This document shows positions 38,109-48,229 of a DNA stretch of 64,000 bases, piece after piece. The translations under genes and the position numbers were made by a program. A model generated the notes under the pieces. The model did no database searches and was not told where the DNA came from. It was given only the letters and a program-made list of their open reading frames with translations. Source of the DNA: an uncultured Candidatus Binatia bacterium. Lineage in GTDB: Bacteria; Desulfobacterota; Binatia; UBA9968; JAJDTQ01. Each line of letters opens with the position of its first letter. The stretch's first letter is position 1. The DNA lies in assembly GCA_965214905.1 (NCBI GenBank), contig OZ243984.1, forward strand, positions 3,504,628 through 3,568,627, given 5' to 3'.

Positions 38109-39565
38109 GAACGATGGAAACCGCCACCTCACCCCCGGGGGGTGGCGGGCAGTCGCCGCTGTCCGCAGAAGGGTTTCCGGTCTCCCTGACAGAGTCGGAT
38201 TCGGCCGAAGCCGTATGGCTCTCCTCGCAATCTCGGGACCCGGCGCCGCGAATCGTGCACTATTTGGGGAGTAAACTGCGATTACTGGGACCCATTCGGA
38301 AAGCCGTGGCGGAGTTTGTTTCGCCCGGCGCAAGGATCTGCGATCTTTTTGCCGGCTCGGGAGCCGTTTCTCTGTGTCTGGGAAGGGAATGGGAGATTGC
38401 GTCAGCCGACATTCAGGAGTACTCGAGGGTGCTCTGTAACGGGCTTCTGAATCCTCCTGTGGAACCGATGTCTACCGGCCATGTCTTACGGAACGCTGCC
38501 TTCGGAGGTGCGCTCGGGAAGCGCTTGTATGATTCCGTGAGTGAGTTGATCGATTATGAGAGGGAGTGCCTCCATCGAGCCGAAGGTGGCGATGTCGGAG
38601 GCCTGTGCGACCTGGTCGAGTTTGGATCACTCATCAGGTTGGAATCCGGAAGGGATCTCGTCGATGGAAAACTCGGCAACGCATTGCGCGAGTGCCGGGG
38701 CCGCCTCTGCTCCGAGGAGATGGGTGAAAGTCCGGAAACTGTCATGACACGCCACTTTGGGGGCATGTACTTCTCCTGGCAGCAAGCTGTCGATCTGGAT
38801 CTTCTCCTTGCCGCTATTCACAAACTGGATGACGATAACCGGGACCATTTCCTGGCCGTTGCGCTTGCCGTAGCCAGCGACGTGGTCAATACCGTAGGGA
38901 AGCAGTTCGCCCAACCGATCAAGCCCCGGAATTCGAATCGGCGACCCAAGCGACATCTCGTAAGGCAGATGATCCGGGATCGTTCCATGAGTGTTCCGGT
39001 ACGGTTCATGGAGCGACTCCGGCAGTTTTCGACTCTACCAAAGCATACTCGTAATCACCAGGCCTTTCGAGGCGACTATCGAGAGATACTGGCGGATCGA
39101 AGGATACGCTTTGATGCGGTGTATGCGGATCCGCCTTACACGCGCGACCACTACAGTCGCTATTACCATGTGCTGGAGACCATGTCGCTCCATGATGAAC
39201 CCGAGATATCGACCACGACCATCCGATCCGGAGGCAACCCGAGGCTCAGTCGTGGACACTATCGTGGCGGCCGACACCAATCCCCGTTCTGTATCAAATC
39301 GCAAGCCCCGGGCGCGTTCGAAGCGTTATTTGCCGGGGTCGCCGCTCGGGGAATTCCTCTTGTCGTTTCCTATTCACCTTACAGGAAAGCTACCCGGAAT
39401 CGTCCACGGCTACTGACGATTGACGAACTAAAGGCTATTGCGACTCGGTACTTCCGCAGCGTAGAGTTCCAGTCCATCGATGGTTTGTCGCATAACAAAT
39501 TGAATCGTTCTGGAAGAAATGTGGTCGTCGATTATGCCGCGGAAGCTCTTCTTCTTTGCTCTTAG
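38105..39565 (+). CDS. D12-class (Dam-like) N6-adenine DNA methyltransferase
   Basis: VHYLGSKLRLLGPIRK...DLFAGSGAV (motif I) then DAVYADPPYT (motif IV), the alpha/D12 order. ATGA overlap with the preceding methyltransferase. Confidence 0.85.
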   Translation: MRTMETATSPPGGGGQSPLSAEGFPVSLTESDSAEAVWLSSQSRDPAPRIVHYLGSKLRLLGPIRKAVAEFVSPGARICDLFAGSGAVSLCLGREWEIASADIQEYSRVLCNGLLNPPVEPMSTGHVLRNAAFGGALGKRLYDSVSELIDYERECLHRAEGGDVGGLCDLVEFGSLIRLESGRDLVDGKLGNALRECRGRLCSEEMGESPETVMTRHFGGMYFSWQQAVDLDLLLAAIHKLDDDNRDHFLAVALAVASDVVNTVGKQFAQPIKPRNSNRRPKRHLVRQMIRDRSMSVPVRFMERLRQFSTLPKHTRNHQAFRGDYREILADRRIRFDAVYADPPYTRDHYSRYYHVLETMSLHDEPEISTTTIRSGGNPRLSRGHYRGGRHQSPFCIKSQAPGAFEALFAGVAARGIPLVVSYSPYRKATRNRPRLLTIDELKAIATRYFRSVEFQSIDGLSHNKLNRSGRNVVVDYAAEALLLCS

Positions 39566-39579
39566 CGGGCGAACACGCG

Positions 39580-40635
39580 CTAAAGGGTTACGCTCGGCAA
39601 GGCGCGTCGGAAGTTTTCCAACGGTACGATGACTCTCTTCATTCTGTCCGCACGGCCGGTCCAAAGCCCGTCAACGAATGCCGAAACCGTCCTGTAGTGG
39701 CGATCTGACGGCATCAAAAGTCGATACCGAAACCGTCGTGTACCAACCTGCAAGAAGATGCCAATGGGTCGATCGTCACGCGGGTATTCCAATCCTGATG
39801 CTTGGCCGAGTTCGATCCGGAAGTTGCGGCTTTTGACGCTTACACCCTGGCGACTTTCCGGTTCTCCAACCGTGCCGTCTGGAGCAACCGGCAAGAGTAT
39901 TATGCGCTGGTGTGTTCCAGGTTGGAGCTTGAAAAAGCTCGTAAACGTTTCGAGGTCAAAGGTGGCTTGATTCCACCTGCTGGATCCTTTCGGGATTTGT
40001 GCGAGCAGTACGGAAGCACCGGCGGGGCCGTCGTCTATGGCGTCGTCGGCTTCTTCGATCTCGTCCTCCTCGTGTCGACGGCGAATGTCCCCTTCGTTAC
40101 GGTGCGCCCGCGCAAGGACATCGGCATCTCCGACCATTCGGAATAAAGGATCGTTGAGCTTTCGCCACGATGCCCAACTCGCCAGAAGGCGATCCCTTTC
40201 CCCGTCGTGCAATGTCGAGTCGGCGAAGGCTTCCCAATTCTTTAGCAGTCCGCTTCTTGTCAGGTTTCCCGAACCGACCAGGACGCGAACATGATCTGAA
40301 GATGCAAACCAGCAAAGTTTCGGGTGGAATAACGTGCCAGATCGCTGGTGAAAGAATACGCGCGCCTGAAAGCCCTCATGAGCTTCCTCGATCTCACCCA
40401 CAAGGTTTAGAGTCGCTGGTACTGTGACGGCGTCCACACCCACAATGATCTCGAACCGACTTCGTCGGAGAAATGCCTTGAAGTCCGGATGGTCCATGAG
40501 CAGCTTCACCCCGTTCGTGGACGCAAACGAAAACATGGCGGCGCCGCGATCAGCACCCATTGCGCCCTCCAACAGTAGCTCCAGCAAGGTCGCATCATTG
40601 GACGCAGGGTCCTGAATGCGCAAGGAGAAGGTCAT
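39580..40635 (-). CDS. PLD-family (single HKD) nuclease; a restriction endonuclease candidate of the BfiI/NgoFVII type
   Basis: HPKLCWFASSDHVRVLVGSGNLTRSGL is a single HxK(x)4D...GSxN motif. About 200 aa of C-terminal domain follows and could be a B3-like DNA-binding module. The gene is convergent with the methyltransferases and 14 bp from them. Confidence 0.7.
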   Translation of the reverse strand: MTFSLRIQDPASNDATLLELLLEGAMGADRGAAMFSFASTNGVKLLMDHPDFKAFLRRSRFEIIVGVDAVTVPATLNLVGEIEEAHEGFQARVFFHQRSGTLFHPKLCWFASSDHVRVLVGSGNLTRSGLLKNWEAFADSTLHDGERDRLLASWASWRKLNDPLFRMVGDADVLARAHRNEGDIRRRHEEDEIEEADDAIDDGPAGASVLLAQIPKGSSRWNQATFDLETFTSFFKLQPGTHQRIILLPVAPDGTVGEPESRQGVSVKSRNFRIELGQASGLEYPRDDRPIGIFLQVGTRRFRYRLLMPSDRHYRTVSAFVDGLWTGRADRMKRVIVPLENFRRALPSVTL

Positions 40636-40643
40636 TCCGGATG

Positions 40644-42929
40644 CTATTCCCGCATCGCTCGCCACATCCGCTCCGGGGTGACGGGCAGGTCGCGCACGCG
40701 CACGCCGACGGCGTCCTCAATGGCGTTGCCGATGGCGGGGGCCACGGGCATGAGGCCGCCTTCACCCAAGCCTTTGGAACCGTAGGGTCCCGGGCCGTTG
40801 GCCTCCTCCACCATGATGGTCTTGAAGGTGCCGGGGATGTCGGCGAACGACGGCAGGCGGTAGTCGATGAGGTTCGGGTTGAGCAGGTGGCCGTTGTCGT
40901 ACTGCATTTCCTCCATGAGCGAGTGGCCGATGGCGAACATGACCGCGCCCTCGTCCTGGCCTTCGCATTGAAGCGGGTGGATGGCCTTGCCCACGTCCGC
41001 GGTGGATACGTACTTCAGGAGCTTGACCACGCCCGTGTCCGGGTCCACCTCCACCTCGGCGCCGCCCCAGCTCGTCTCCCAGAAGGTGGTGGGCGAGCCC
41101 AGCACGGCCCTCTTGCTGTGAACGTCCTGGTAGGTTCCCTTGGCCAGCAGTTCGCCGCCCTTGGCGCCGAAGGTGAGGTTGAGCACCTGCTCGTAGCTCA
41201 GGCGCTTGCCCTTGCCGGCCCGGACGTGGCCGTCCCTGAACGTGATCTTGTCGGCCTTGCACTCGAGCAGCCTGGCCGCGGCCCGGCGCAACTGCCGTTT
41301 CAACTCCGCCGCCGCCCGCTCCACGCACAGGCCCATGATGACCATGGAGCTGCTGGCGTTGGTGGCCGCGTCGTAGGGGGTGGAATCGGTATCGAGCTGG
41401 GCCACGGTCACCGCCTCCCAGGGCAGGGCCAGCTCCTCGGCCGCCACCTGGGCCAGGGCGGTACGGCAACCCTGGCCCATCTCCACCGTGCCGGTGAACA
41501 GCACCGCGCTGCCGTCGGAGTTGAGCTTGATGGCCGCCGACGCCACCTTGTAGGTGCCGCCGCCGTCCTTCATGCAGCAGCTCAAGCCCATGCCGCGGTT
41601 CGTCCCCCTCTTTTTGTCCCAGCCCAGGGCCTTGGCGGTGCGCCGCAGACCCGCCTCCAGGTCGCAGTCCACCCGGGTGTCGCCCCTGGTGTAGGCGTCG
41701 CCCTTCTTCAGCAGGTTCCGGACCCGGAACTCCAACGGATCGATGCCGAGCCTGCGGGCGATCATGTCCATCTGGGACTCGTAGGCCCAGGTGACCTGCA
41801 GGGTGCCGAAACCCCGGAACGCACCCGCGGGCACGGCATTGGTATAGACCGTGTAGGAGTTGACCTTGACGTTGGGGATGCGGTACGGCCCCGGCGCCCG
41901 GTAGCCGGCCTTCTGGGAAACGCGCGGCCCGTAGTCGGCGTAGGCGCCGGTGCCCATGTGGACCTCGCACTCCCGTGCCACCAGCCGCCCGTCGCGGGTG
42001 ACGCCGGTCTTGATGCGGAACCGGGCGGGATGCCGGGTGATGGTGCGGAAGGTCTCCTCCGACGTGTGGGTGATCTTCACCGGCCGGCCGGTCTTCCACG
42101 CCAGCGCCGCCGCCAGCGGCTCGTTCTTCACCGAGAGCTTGCCGCCGTAGGCGCCGCCCACGTGGGGCACGATCACCCGCACCCGGTTGATGGGGATGGA
42201 GAAGAACTCGGCGATGTGGCGCTGGAGCGTGAACGGGTCCTGGGTCGACGCCCACAGGGTCACGTGGCCGTCCTCCACCCGGGCGATGGCGATGTGGGGC
42301 TCCAGCGGGTAGTGCTGGATCTGGGGGAAGGTGAAGGTGTCCTCGAAAATCTCGTCGGCCTCGGCGAACCCCTTGTCCACATCGCCCCGGGCGTAGTCGT
42401 AGGCGTAACAGATGTTGGTGCCGCGGAATTCCTCGGGCACGCGGTAGGCGTGGCCGTGCAGTTCGTCGGCGTCGGCCACCTGCTCGTGTACCAGCGGCGC
42501 GTCCGGCGCGATGGCGTCGGCGATGTCCGTGACCGCCGGAAGCTCCTGGTATTCCGTCTCGATGAGCGCCAGCGCCGCGGTGGCAGTGGCCTCGTCAACG
42601 GCCGCCACCGCGGCCACCGGGTCGCCGTCGTAGCGGACCTTGTCCAGGGCGACGATGGTCTGGTCCTTGTAGGCCGAGCCGAAGTACGGGTTCATGCCGT
42701 CCAGGGTCTCGCGGGTGAGCACCGTGGCCACCCCCGGCAGCGCGGCCGCCTTGCCGGCGTTGATCCGCACCAGCCGCGCGTGGGGGAAGGGGCTGCGCAG
42801 GACCTTTGCGTGGAGCATGCCCGGGAGCTCCAGGTCCATGGCATAGACGGCCTTGCCGGTTGCCTTGACGATGCCGTCCACCCGTTGCCGGGACTTGCCG
42901 ACGACCTGGTGTTTCGCCGCTTTGCTCAT
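40644..42929 (-). CDS. Xanthine dehydrogenase family molybdopterin-binding subunit (CoxL/aldehyde oxidase-like)
   Basis: 761 aa. N-terminus MSKAAKHQVVGKSRQRVDGIVKATGKAVYAMD... is typical. Confidence 0.85.
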   Translation of the reverse strand: MSKAAKHQVVGKSRQRVDGIVKATGKAVYAMDLELPGMLHAKVLRSPFPHARLVRINAGKAAALPGVATVLTRETLDGMNPYFGSAYKDQTIVALDKVRYDGDPVAAVAAVDEATATAALALIETEYQELPAVTDIADAIAPDAPLVHEQVADADELHGHAYRVPEEFRGTNICYAYDYARGDVDKGFAEADEIFEDTFTFPQIQHYPLEPHIAIARVEDGHVTLWASTQDPFTLQRHIAEFFSIPINRVRVIVPHVGGAYGGKLSVKNEPLAAALAWKTGRPVKITHTSEETFRTITRHPARFRIKTGVTRDGRLVARECEVHMGTGAYADYGPRVSQKAGYRAPGPYRIPNVKVNSYTVYTNAVPAGAFRGFGTLQVTWAYESQMDMIARRLGIDPLEFRVRNLLKKGDAYTRGDTRVDCDLEAGLRRTAKALGWDKKRGTNRGMGLSCCMKDGGGTYKVASAAIKLNSDGSAVLFTGTVEMGQGCRTALAQVAAEELALPWEAVTVAQLDTDSTPYDAATNASSSMVIMGLCVERAAAELKRQLRRAAARLLECKADKITFRDGHVRAGKGKRLSYEQVLNLTFGAKGGELLAKGTYQDVHSKRAVLGSPTTFWETSWGGAEVEVDPDTGVVKLLKYVSTADVGKAIHPLQCEGQDEGAVMFAIGHSLMEEMQYDNGHLLNPNLIDYRLPSFADIPGTFKTIMVEEANGPGPYGSKGLGEGGLMPVAPAIGNAIEDAVGVRVRDLPVTPERMWRAMRE

Positions 42930-44266
42930 GGTTCGTCGCTCCCTTCGTTCTCGTCCAGCGGGTAGCTCTGCCGCACCCATGCCACGGCCTGTTCCGGTGT
43001 CCGGAGCAGGCCCTCTAGCTGAGCTTCTTCAACCGCGCCCAACATCGCCGAGAAAGAGGGCCCCGGCGCGTAACCGAGGCGGATGAGGTCGCGCCCGCGC
43101 AGGAGCGGTTCCGGGTTCACTTCCTCCCGGCCCAACTCGGCGAGCTTTTGCCGGCAGAATTCGTAGTAGCCCAGATCCCCGTTGGATGAAAGGGCATCGA
43201 TGCGGCAGAGTTCCAGCAACTCGTCGATGCCGTCCTCCCCGAGAAACCGCTTCAGGGTGCTGAGCCGCATCTTCGGCGCCTGGATGTAGCGCAGATGGTG
43301 CCGCACCAGCCAGGCGACCCTCCCGGCCACCGTGCGGCTGCGCTTGAGCCGGCGGAGGATTGCCGTGGCCATTTCCGCCCCGAGCTCCGGATGCCCGTAG
43401 AACGTCACCCGGTCCCCCGCCGGTTGGCGGCACGGCGGCTTGGCCACGTCGTGCAGCAGGCAGCCGTAGGCCAGGGTTTCCGTCGGGGCGTCCAGGTGTT
43501 GGAGCAGCGTCAGCGTGTGAACGAAGACGTCCCCCTCGGGATGGTAGTCCGGGGTCTGCTCGACTCCCTTCATGGCCGCGATCTCGGGCAGGATCACCTC
43601 CAGGAGCCCGGTCTCGTCCAGCAGCTCGACTCCCCGCCGGGCGCCGCCTTCGGTGAGCGTCCGGGTGATCTCCGCGCCGATGCGTTCCCAAGCCACCTGG
43701 GTGACGGTCGAGGCGTGGCTCCGGATGGCCTGAAGCGTCGGGCCGTCGATGGCGAAATCAAGCCCGCAGGCCAGACGTACGGCCCGGACCATCCGCAACC
43801 GGTCCTCCGCAAACCGCTCATGCGGATCGCCGATGGCCCGGATCAGACCCCGGCGCAGATCTTCCCGGCCGTCTACCAGGTCGATGACCCGATCGTCTAC
43901 CGGGTCGTACATCATCGCATTGATGGTGAAGTCCCGACGCCGGACGTCTTCCTCCAGGGTCCCGTAGCGAATGTCGATGGGACGGCGGCCGTCGCTGTAG
44001 GGTCCGTCGAACCGGAAGGTGGTGACCTCGAACGGATCGCCGTCCGCCACCACGACCACCGAGCCGAACTTCGACCCGATGGGGACGGTGTCGGGGAAGA
44101 CCGCCTGAACGGACTGGGGCGTGGCGCTGGTGGCGATGTCGTAGTCCTTGGGCGGTCTGCCCAGGAGCCGGTCGCGCACGCATCCGCCGGCAAGGTAGGC
44201 TTCGTGGCCCGCTTCCCGGAGACGCTGTAGGATATGGAGGGCCTTGTCCTGCTGTGACACCGACAC
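42926..44266 (-). CDS. cca: CCA tRNA nucleotidyltransferase (HD-domain containing)
   Basis: GGCVRDRLLGRPPKDYDIAT and RRDFTINAMMYD (PolyA_pol head) plus a C-terminal HD domain. GTG start. Confidence 0.85.
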   Translation of the reverse strand: MSVSQQDKALHILQRLREAGHEAYLAGGCVRDRLLGRPPKDYDIATSATPQSVQAVFPDTVPIGSKFGSVVVVADGDPFEVTTFRFDGPYSDGRRPIDIRYGTLEEDVRRRDFTINAMMYDPVDDRVIDLVDGREDLRRGLIRAIGDPHERFAEDRLRMVRAVRLACGLDFAIDGPTLQAIRSHASTVTQVAWERIGAEITRTLTEGGARRGVELLDETGLLEVILPEIAAMKGVEQTPDYHPEGDVFVHTLTLLQHLDAPTETLAYGCLLHDVAKPPCRQPAGDRVTFYGHPELGAEMATAILRRLKRSRTVAGRVAWLVRHHLRYIQAPKMRLSTLKRFLGEDGIDELLELCRIDALSSNGDLGYYEFCRQKLAELGREEVNPEPLLRGRDLIRLGYAPGPSFSAMLGAVEEAQLEGLLRTPEQAVAWVRQSYPLDENEGSDEP

Positions 44267-45586
44267 CTAGTTCTCGAGGCCGGCCTGCTCGAGGTTCCCG
44301 ACCACCACGAGGATGAGCTTCTCCGGTTGCAGGTATTTCCGGGCGGCCCCGAGAACGTCTTCCGCGGTGACCTTACGGATCAACTCGGGGTATCGCTCGA
44401 CGTAATCCGGCCCGAGTCCCAGATACTCCACCTGTCCCAGGAAGTCGGCGATATCGTCGTTGGTCTCGAGTCCCAGCACGAAGCTCCCGGTGAGGTAGCT
44501 CTTGGCGTCTTGGAGCTCCTCGGCGGTGACGCCCTCGCGCCGGATCCGTTCGATCTCGGCCTTGGCCACGTCGATGGCTTCACGGGCGCTCTCGTTCCGG
44601 GTCTGCATGGCCAATTGAAACCGTCCCGCGTTCCTGCCCGCGACAAAATAACCGTAGATGGAGTAGGCTAGGCCGCGCTGGTTCCGGATGCTCTCCCCGA
44701 GCCGGGACGAAAGGTCGCCGCCGCCGAGGATCTGATTCATCACCCGGATGGCGTAGTGGTCCGGGTTCATCCGGAGCGGACCCTCGTGGCCCATGATGAT
44801 GTTCGACTGGACGAGGTTGCGGTCGATCTTGACGGCCGCCCGATTCGGCGGCTGCAGCACCACCGGCGCATCGGCCTTGCCGTCGCCCTTCGTCCAGTCC
44901 GCCAGGGCCTCCGTGAGCTTCTGCTGCATCTCTTCGTGAGTGATGTCTCCCACGGCTACCAGAATGCTCCGGTCGGGCCGGTAGTAGCGCCGGTGAAATC
45001 CGACCGCGGCGTCCCGGTCCAGGCCCCGGACCGAATCCTCGGAGCCCTCCACCGGGCGCCCGTAGAAGCTGTCGGGGTAGAGCGCGGCCCGGAACGCGTC
45101 CCGGGCGATGGCGCGGGGACGGTCCTTCTTGGCCCGGATGGAGGCCATGAGGGCCTGCTTCGTGCGGACCACCTCCCTCTCCGGGAACGACGCGGTCGTC
45201 AGTACTTCGCTCAGGAGGGCGAGGCCGGTGTCCAGGTCCTTCTTCAGAATGTTCAGGTTTACGGTGGCCTGCTCCCGGCCGCAGTCGGCCCAGAAGTGGG
45301 CGCCCATGCCCTCGATGAGGCCGCTGATGCTCATGGCGTCTCGCGTCGGGGTGCCGAGGGTCAGGAGCCGCGATGTGAGGTTGGCGAGGCCGTGCCGGCT
45401 GCCGGGGTCGTAGCGCGAGCCTGCCCGGATCAGCAAGCGCACCGAGACGATGGGGAGCGAGGGTTGCGCTGATGTCACCAGCACCAGTCCGTTGGGCAGT
45501 GTCGTGCGCTGGGCGTTCATGGCGGCGAGGGCGACGGTGTGAGGGCTCAGGAGCAGGCACAGCAACAGCGGCAGCCAGGTTTTCAT
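44267..45586 (-). CDS. M16 family peptidase, non-catalytic (no HxxEH) partner subunit
   Basis: Signal peptide (MKTWLPLLLCLLLSPHTVALA) and an insulinase fold. It overlaps the upstream M16 gene (ATGA). Confidence 0.75.
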   Translation of the reverse strand: MKTWLPLLLCLLLSPHTVALAAMNAQRTTLPNGLVLVTSAQPSLPIVSVRLLIRAGSRYDPGSRHGLANLTSRLLTLGTPTRDAMSISGLIEGMGAHFWADCGREQATVNLNILKKDLDTGLALLSEVLTTASFPEREVVRTKQALMASIRAKKDRPRAIARDAFRAALYPDSFYGRPVEGSEDSVRGLDRDAAVGFHRRYYRPDRSILVAVGDITHEEMQQKLTEALADWTKGDGKADAPVVLQPPNRAAVKIDRNLVQSNIIMGHEGPLRMNPDHYAIRVMNQILGGGDLSSRLGESIRNQRGLAYSIYGYFVAGRNAGRFQLAMQTRNESAREAIDVAKAEIERIRREGVTAEELQDAKSYLTGSFVLGLETNDDIADFLGQVEYLGLGPDYVERYPELIRKVTAEDVLGAARKYLQPEKLILVVVGNLEQAGLEN

Positions 45587-46920
45587 GATCGCTTTCTCGC
45601 CTGGGGAACGAGGATGCCCACGGTGCGCCGGTCGCGGTCGAGGTACTGCCGCGCCACCCGGCGAACATCGTCGGCGGTGACGTCCTGGATGCGCTGGAGG
45701 TATTCGTTCATCCGTCGCCATCCTCCGGTCAACTCATGGAACCCGATCCGCATGGCCTGCCCGGAGTTGGACTCCTGGGCGAAGATGAAGGCTGCCGCCA
45801 CCTGGTTCCTGGCCTTGTCGAGTTCCGCCTGGGTAACGCCCTCGTCCCGGACCGCGGCAACGACCTCGTCGATGGCGGCCTCCAGTTCGGCGGTCTCCCT
45901 GCCCGGCATGGCCTGGGCGCCGATGGTGAAGGTGGTGGGGTCGATGGACACCCGGTGGTAGCCGGCGTAGGCGTAGCGGGCGATGCGCCGGTCGTAGACC
46001 AGATCCCGGTGGAGCCGCGAAGTGCGTCCTCGCGAGAGGATCATTTCCAACACGTCCAGCGCATAGCTGTCCTCGTGGTCCACGCCGGGCACGTGGTAGT
46101 TCATCATCAGCACCGGGAGCTCCGCCTCCTTCTTGAGCCGCACCCGCCGCTCGCCCCGCTGCGGCGGCTCCGTGAGCCCCACGGAAGGAGGCTCGGATCC
46201 CCGGGGGATCTTGCCGAAGGTCTCGCGGATCCGCGTCAGGATTTCCTCGCCATCGAAATCTCCGGCTACCACGATGAAGGCGTTGTTGGGCGAGTAATAG
46301 GTCCGGTAGAAGTCCTCCAGGTCCGCCAGGGTCATGCGGCGGACATCTTCCGGCCAGCCGATGATGGGGCGGCGGTAGGGGTGCACGGCGTAGGTCACCG
46401 CGTTGGTGATCTCGGCCAGCGCCGCCCGCGGCCGGTCGTCGGTCCGCAGGCGCCGTTCTTCCTGCACCACGCGCTTCTCCGGCGTGAAGTAGGCGTCCTC
46501 GAAGCGGGTGTTCACCATGCGGTCGGCTTCCAGCTCGATGGCCACGCCGATGGTGTCCCGGCTCATGGTGGCGTGATAGACGGTGGCGTCGCGGGAGGTG
46601 AACGCGTTGGAACGGCCGCCGTGCTTTCGGATGATGCGGGAATATTCCTCGGGGGCCACCTTGTCGGTGCCCTTGAACAGCATGTGCTCGAGGAAGTGGG
46701 CGATGCCGCTCTTGCCGTCCACCTCGTTCCGCGACCCCACGCGGTACCAGACCTGGAAGGTCACTGCGGGGCTCCTGTGGTTTTCCAGCAACAGCACCTT
46801 GAGGCCGTTGTCCAGCATCTCCTCTCGAACCTCCACCATGCCCTTGGGAGCCGATGCTCCGGCAACGGCCGGAAGCAGGGCGGCCAGCATCAAACCGGCG
46901 AGGCGGTGTGTCCAGTCCAT
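45583..46920 (-). CDS. M16 family zinc peptidase (catalytic, HFLEH motif)
   Basis: GIAHFLEHMLFKGT inverted zincin motif. Signal peptide begins at MDWTHRLAGLMLAALLPAVAGA. Confidence 0.8.
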   Translation of the reverse strand: MDWTHRLAGLMLAALLPAVAGASAPKGMVEVREEMLDNGLKVLLLENHRSPAVTFQVWYRVGSRNEVDGKSGIAHFLEHMLFKGTDKVAPEEYSRIIRKHGGRSNAFTSRDATVYHATMSRDTIGVAIELEADRMVNTRFEDAYFTPEKRVVQEERRLRTDDRPRAALAEITNAVTYAVHPYRRPIIGWPEDVRRMTLADLEDFYRTYYSPNNAFIVVAGDFDGEEILTRIRETFGKIPRGSEPPSVGLTEPPQRGERRVRLKKEAELPVLMMNYHVPGVDHEDSYALDVLEMILSRGRTSRLHRDLVYDRRIARYAYAGYHRVSIDPTTFTIGAQAMPGRETAELEAAIDEVVAAVRDEGVTQAELDKARNQVAAAFIFAQESNSGQAMRIGFHELTGGWRRMNEYLQRIQDVTADDVRRVARQYLDRDRRTVGILVPQARKRS

Positions 46921-46992
46921 AAGATTGAAAATAGCGGCCTGATCGGCCGAGCGCAACAGGGTTCGACGGCCCGCCGAAAAGATCGCTGGCAG

Positions 46993-47088
46993 CCGGTATC
47001 GGCCGGTAGCGCGATGCGGGCACGGGCGGGTTTGAAACCCGACCCTGCACCGGGTGTCCTGGTTCTACGGCTCAGGCTCCTGGCGCCG
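46993..47088. repeat. Composite REP/MITE-like element (TATCGGCCGGTAGCGCGATGCGGGCACGGGCGGGTTTGAAACCCG...GTTCTACGGCTCAGGCTCCTGG)
   Basis: It shares over 80% of its positions with the copies at 52962-53056 and 20176-20258. Confidence 0.7.
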
Positions 47089-47188
47089 TTCACGCCGGGT
47101 CGGCCCTTCGACAAGCTCGGGACAGGCGTAGCGGAGTCGAAGGGCGCCGTTTTCGGTTCCGGCTCTGCCGGGTTACGGGTCGCCGACT

Positions 47189-48229
47189 TCAGTGACCGTT
47201 GGGCGTTAACAGCCGGCGCGGCACCAGCGAGCCCAGCCCGTGGCGTCGCAGCCGTTCGATGAACGTGGTGCGGTTCAAACCCAGCAGGCTTGCCGCCGCG
47301 GTCTTGTTCCCGCTGGCGCGTTCCAGGGCCTGGACCATCATGTCGTGCTGGAAGCGTTGGATGCACCGGTCGATGTCGATACCGTCGCTCGGCAGGGTGA
47401 ACTCGTTCAGATGAGTGTCGCGAAGGTCCGGCTTGAGGTAGCCCGCGAGCTCCGGCAGGTTGTCCAGGCGAATCACCGGGTGGTCGGTGAGCGTCACCAG
47501 GCGCTCGATGAAGTTTTCCATTTCCCTCACGTTACCGGGCCAGTCATAGGCTTGCAGTCGTTTCATGGCCGCTTCATCAATGGTGCGTGGATCGTCCCCG
47601 CTCAAGCGTTCCAGGAAATGCTCCACCAGGGGAGGGATGTCTTCCCGCCGTGCCCGCAGAGGGGGTAGCTCCAGGGAGAGAATGGCGAGACGGTAGTAGA
47701 GGTCTTCACGAAACCGTCCGGCGGGTATCGCCTCTTGCAGATCACGATTGGTGGCTGCAATGAAACGCGCGTTGGTGCGCGTGGCGACATCGCTTCCCAA
47801 CGGATTGAATTCACGCTCTTGAAGCACCCGCAGCAGTTTTGCCTGCAGCCTCGGAGTGGTCTCGCCGATTTCATCCAGAAATATGGTTCCTTCCTTTGCG
47901 GTCATGAACCGACCCGATCGGGATTGTTGTGCGCCGGTGAACGCGCCTCTGACGTGCCCGAACAACTCGTTCTCAAGGAGGTCTTCGGGTATCGCACCAC
48001 AGTTCACGGCAACGAATGGCTGTGCCGCGCGCCGACTTCGGTCGTGAATGGTCCGTGCGATAAGTTCTTTGCCCGTGCCGCTTTCGCCGGTTATGAGAAC
48101 GGTCGAGTTGCTTGCCGCAATCCTGAGCGTGAGCTCGAAGACCGACCGCATGGCTTCACTTTTTCCGATCATGGAGCCTAACGTTTCGCAACGCTGTTCA
48201 TCCATCGGGCAGTTCTTCAAATGGCCCAT
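47189..48229 (-). CDS. Sigma-54-dependent transcriptional activator (bEBP). It has only an AAA+ sigma54-interaction domain and an HTH, with no N-terminal sensory domain (PspF-like).
   Basis: GESGTGKE Walker A, GAFTGA motif, and a C-terminal Fis-type HTH. AAGGAGG RBS. Confidence 0.85.
   Translation of the reverse strand: MGHLKNCPMDEQRCETLGSMIGKSEAMRSVFELTLRIAASNSTVLITGESGTGKELIARTIHDRSRRAAQPFVAVNCGAIPEDLLENELFGHVRGAFTGAQQSRSGRFMTAKEGTIFLDEIGETTPRLQAKLLRVLQEREFNPLGSDVATRTNARFIAATNRDLQEAIPAGRFREDLYYRLAILSLELPPLRARREDIPPLVEHFLERLSGDDPRTIDEAAMKRLQAYDWPGNVREMENFIERLVTLTDHPVIRLDNLPELAGYLKPDLRDTHLNEFTLPSDGIDIDRCIQRFQHDMMVQALERASGNKTAAASLLGLNRTTFIERLRRHGLGSLVPRRLLTPNGH

Noticed and set aside
39802-40146. 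114-aa plus-strand ORF
   Set aside because: It lies entirely antisense within the PLD-nuclease gene.
40560-42965. 801-aa plus-strand ORF
   Set aside because: It is antisense to the xanthine-dehydrogenase-family gene. It is low-complexity and has no motifs.
45734-47262. Long overlapping ORFs on both strands across the M16 peptidase genes
   Set aside because: These are antisense or alternate frames. The M16 frames carry HFLEH and signal peptides.
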